Assembly (NCBI GenBank): GCA_964016885.1
Contig: OZ024747.1
Span: 63,178,001 to 63,242,000 of the forward strand
Direction of reading: 5' to 3'
DNA: 64,000 bases
DNA from: Eledone cirrhosa
Taxonomy: Eukaryota
Of the stretch, positions 63,970 to 64,000 are shown one piece after another; within the stretch, counting starts at the first letter, position 1; each line of letters begins with the position of its first letter. Under the pieces are notes generated by a model that ran no database searches, was not told the DNA's origin, and saw nothing but the letters and a program-made list of their open reading frames with translations. Both the position numbers and the translations under genes were made by a program.

Positions 63970-64000
<31 letters not shown>

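Overview
AT-rich eukaryotic DNA packed with microsatellites and interspersed repeats. The SINE families (tRNA head plus Nin/Deu-like domain, CORE-like SINEs, RTE-tailed bipartite elements) and the long (TA)n/(CA)n/(CATA)n tracts suggest an octopus-type cephalopod genome; this is an inference, no search was run. Nearly all ORFs in the supplied track are microsatellite or repeat artefacts, and there is no complete gene, rRNA, tRNA gene or CRISPR array. The window looks like a long intron with one good candidate coding exon (13837-13918) and a possible upstream exon (10312-10556). Recognisable elements: many SINEs, RTE/CR1/CRE-type LINE 3' fragments, TTAA-flanked piggyBac-type MITEs, a ~1.95 kb non-autonomous Helitron nested in a MITE, and Penelope-like remnants with hammerhead ribozyme motifs. 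Best leads: a hammerhead-containing fold-back whose inverted arm starts at the predicted cleavage site (35342-35707); a head-to-head two-template retro-insertion inside one 16-bp TSD (51306-51762); two satellites apparently built from DNA-transposon termini; two local templated insertions; and a speculative UAG that would fuse a uORF to the candidate exon if A-to-I edited.
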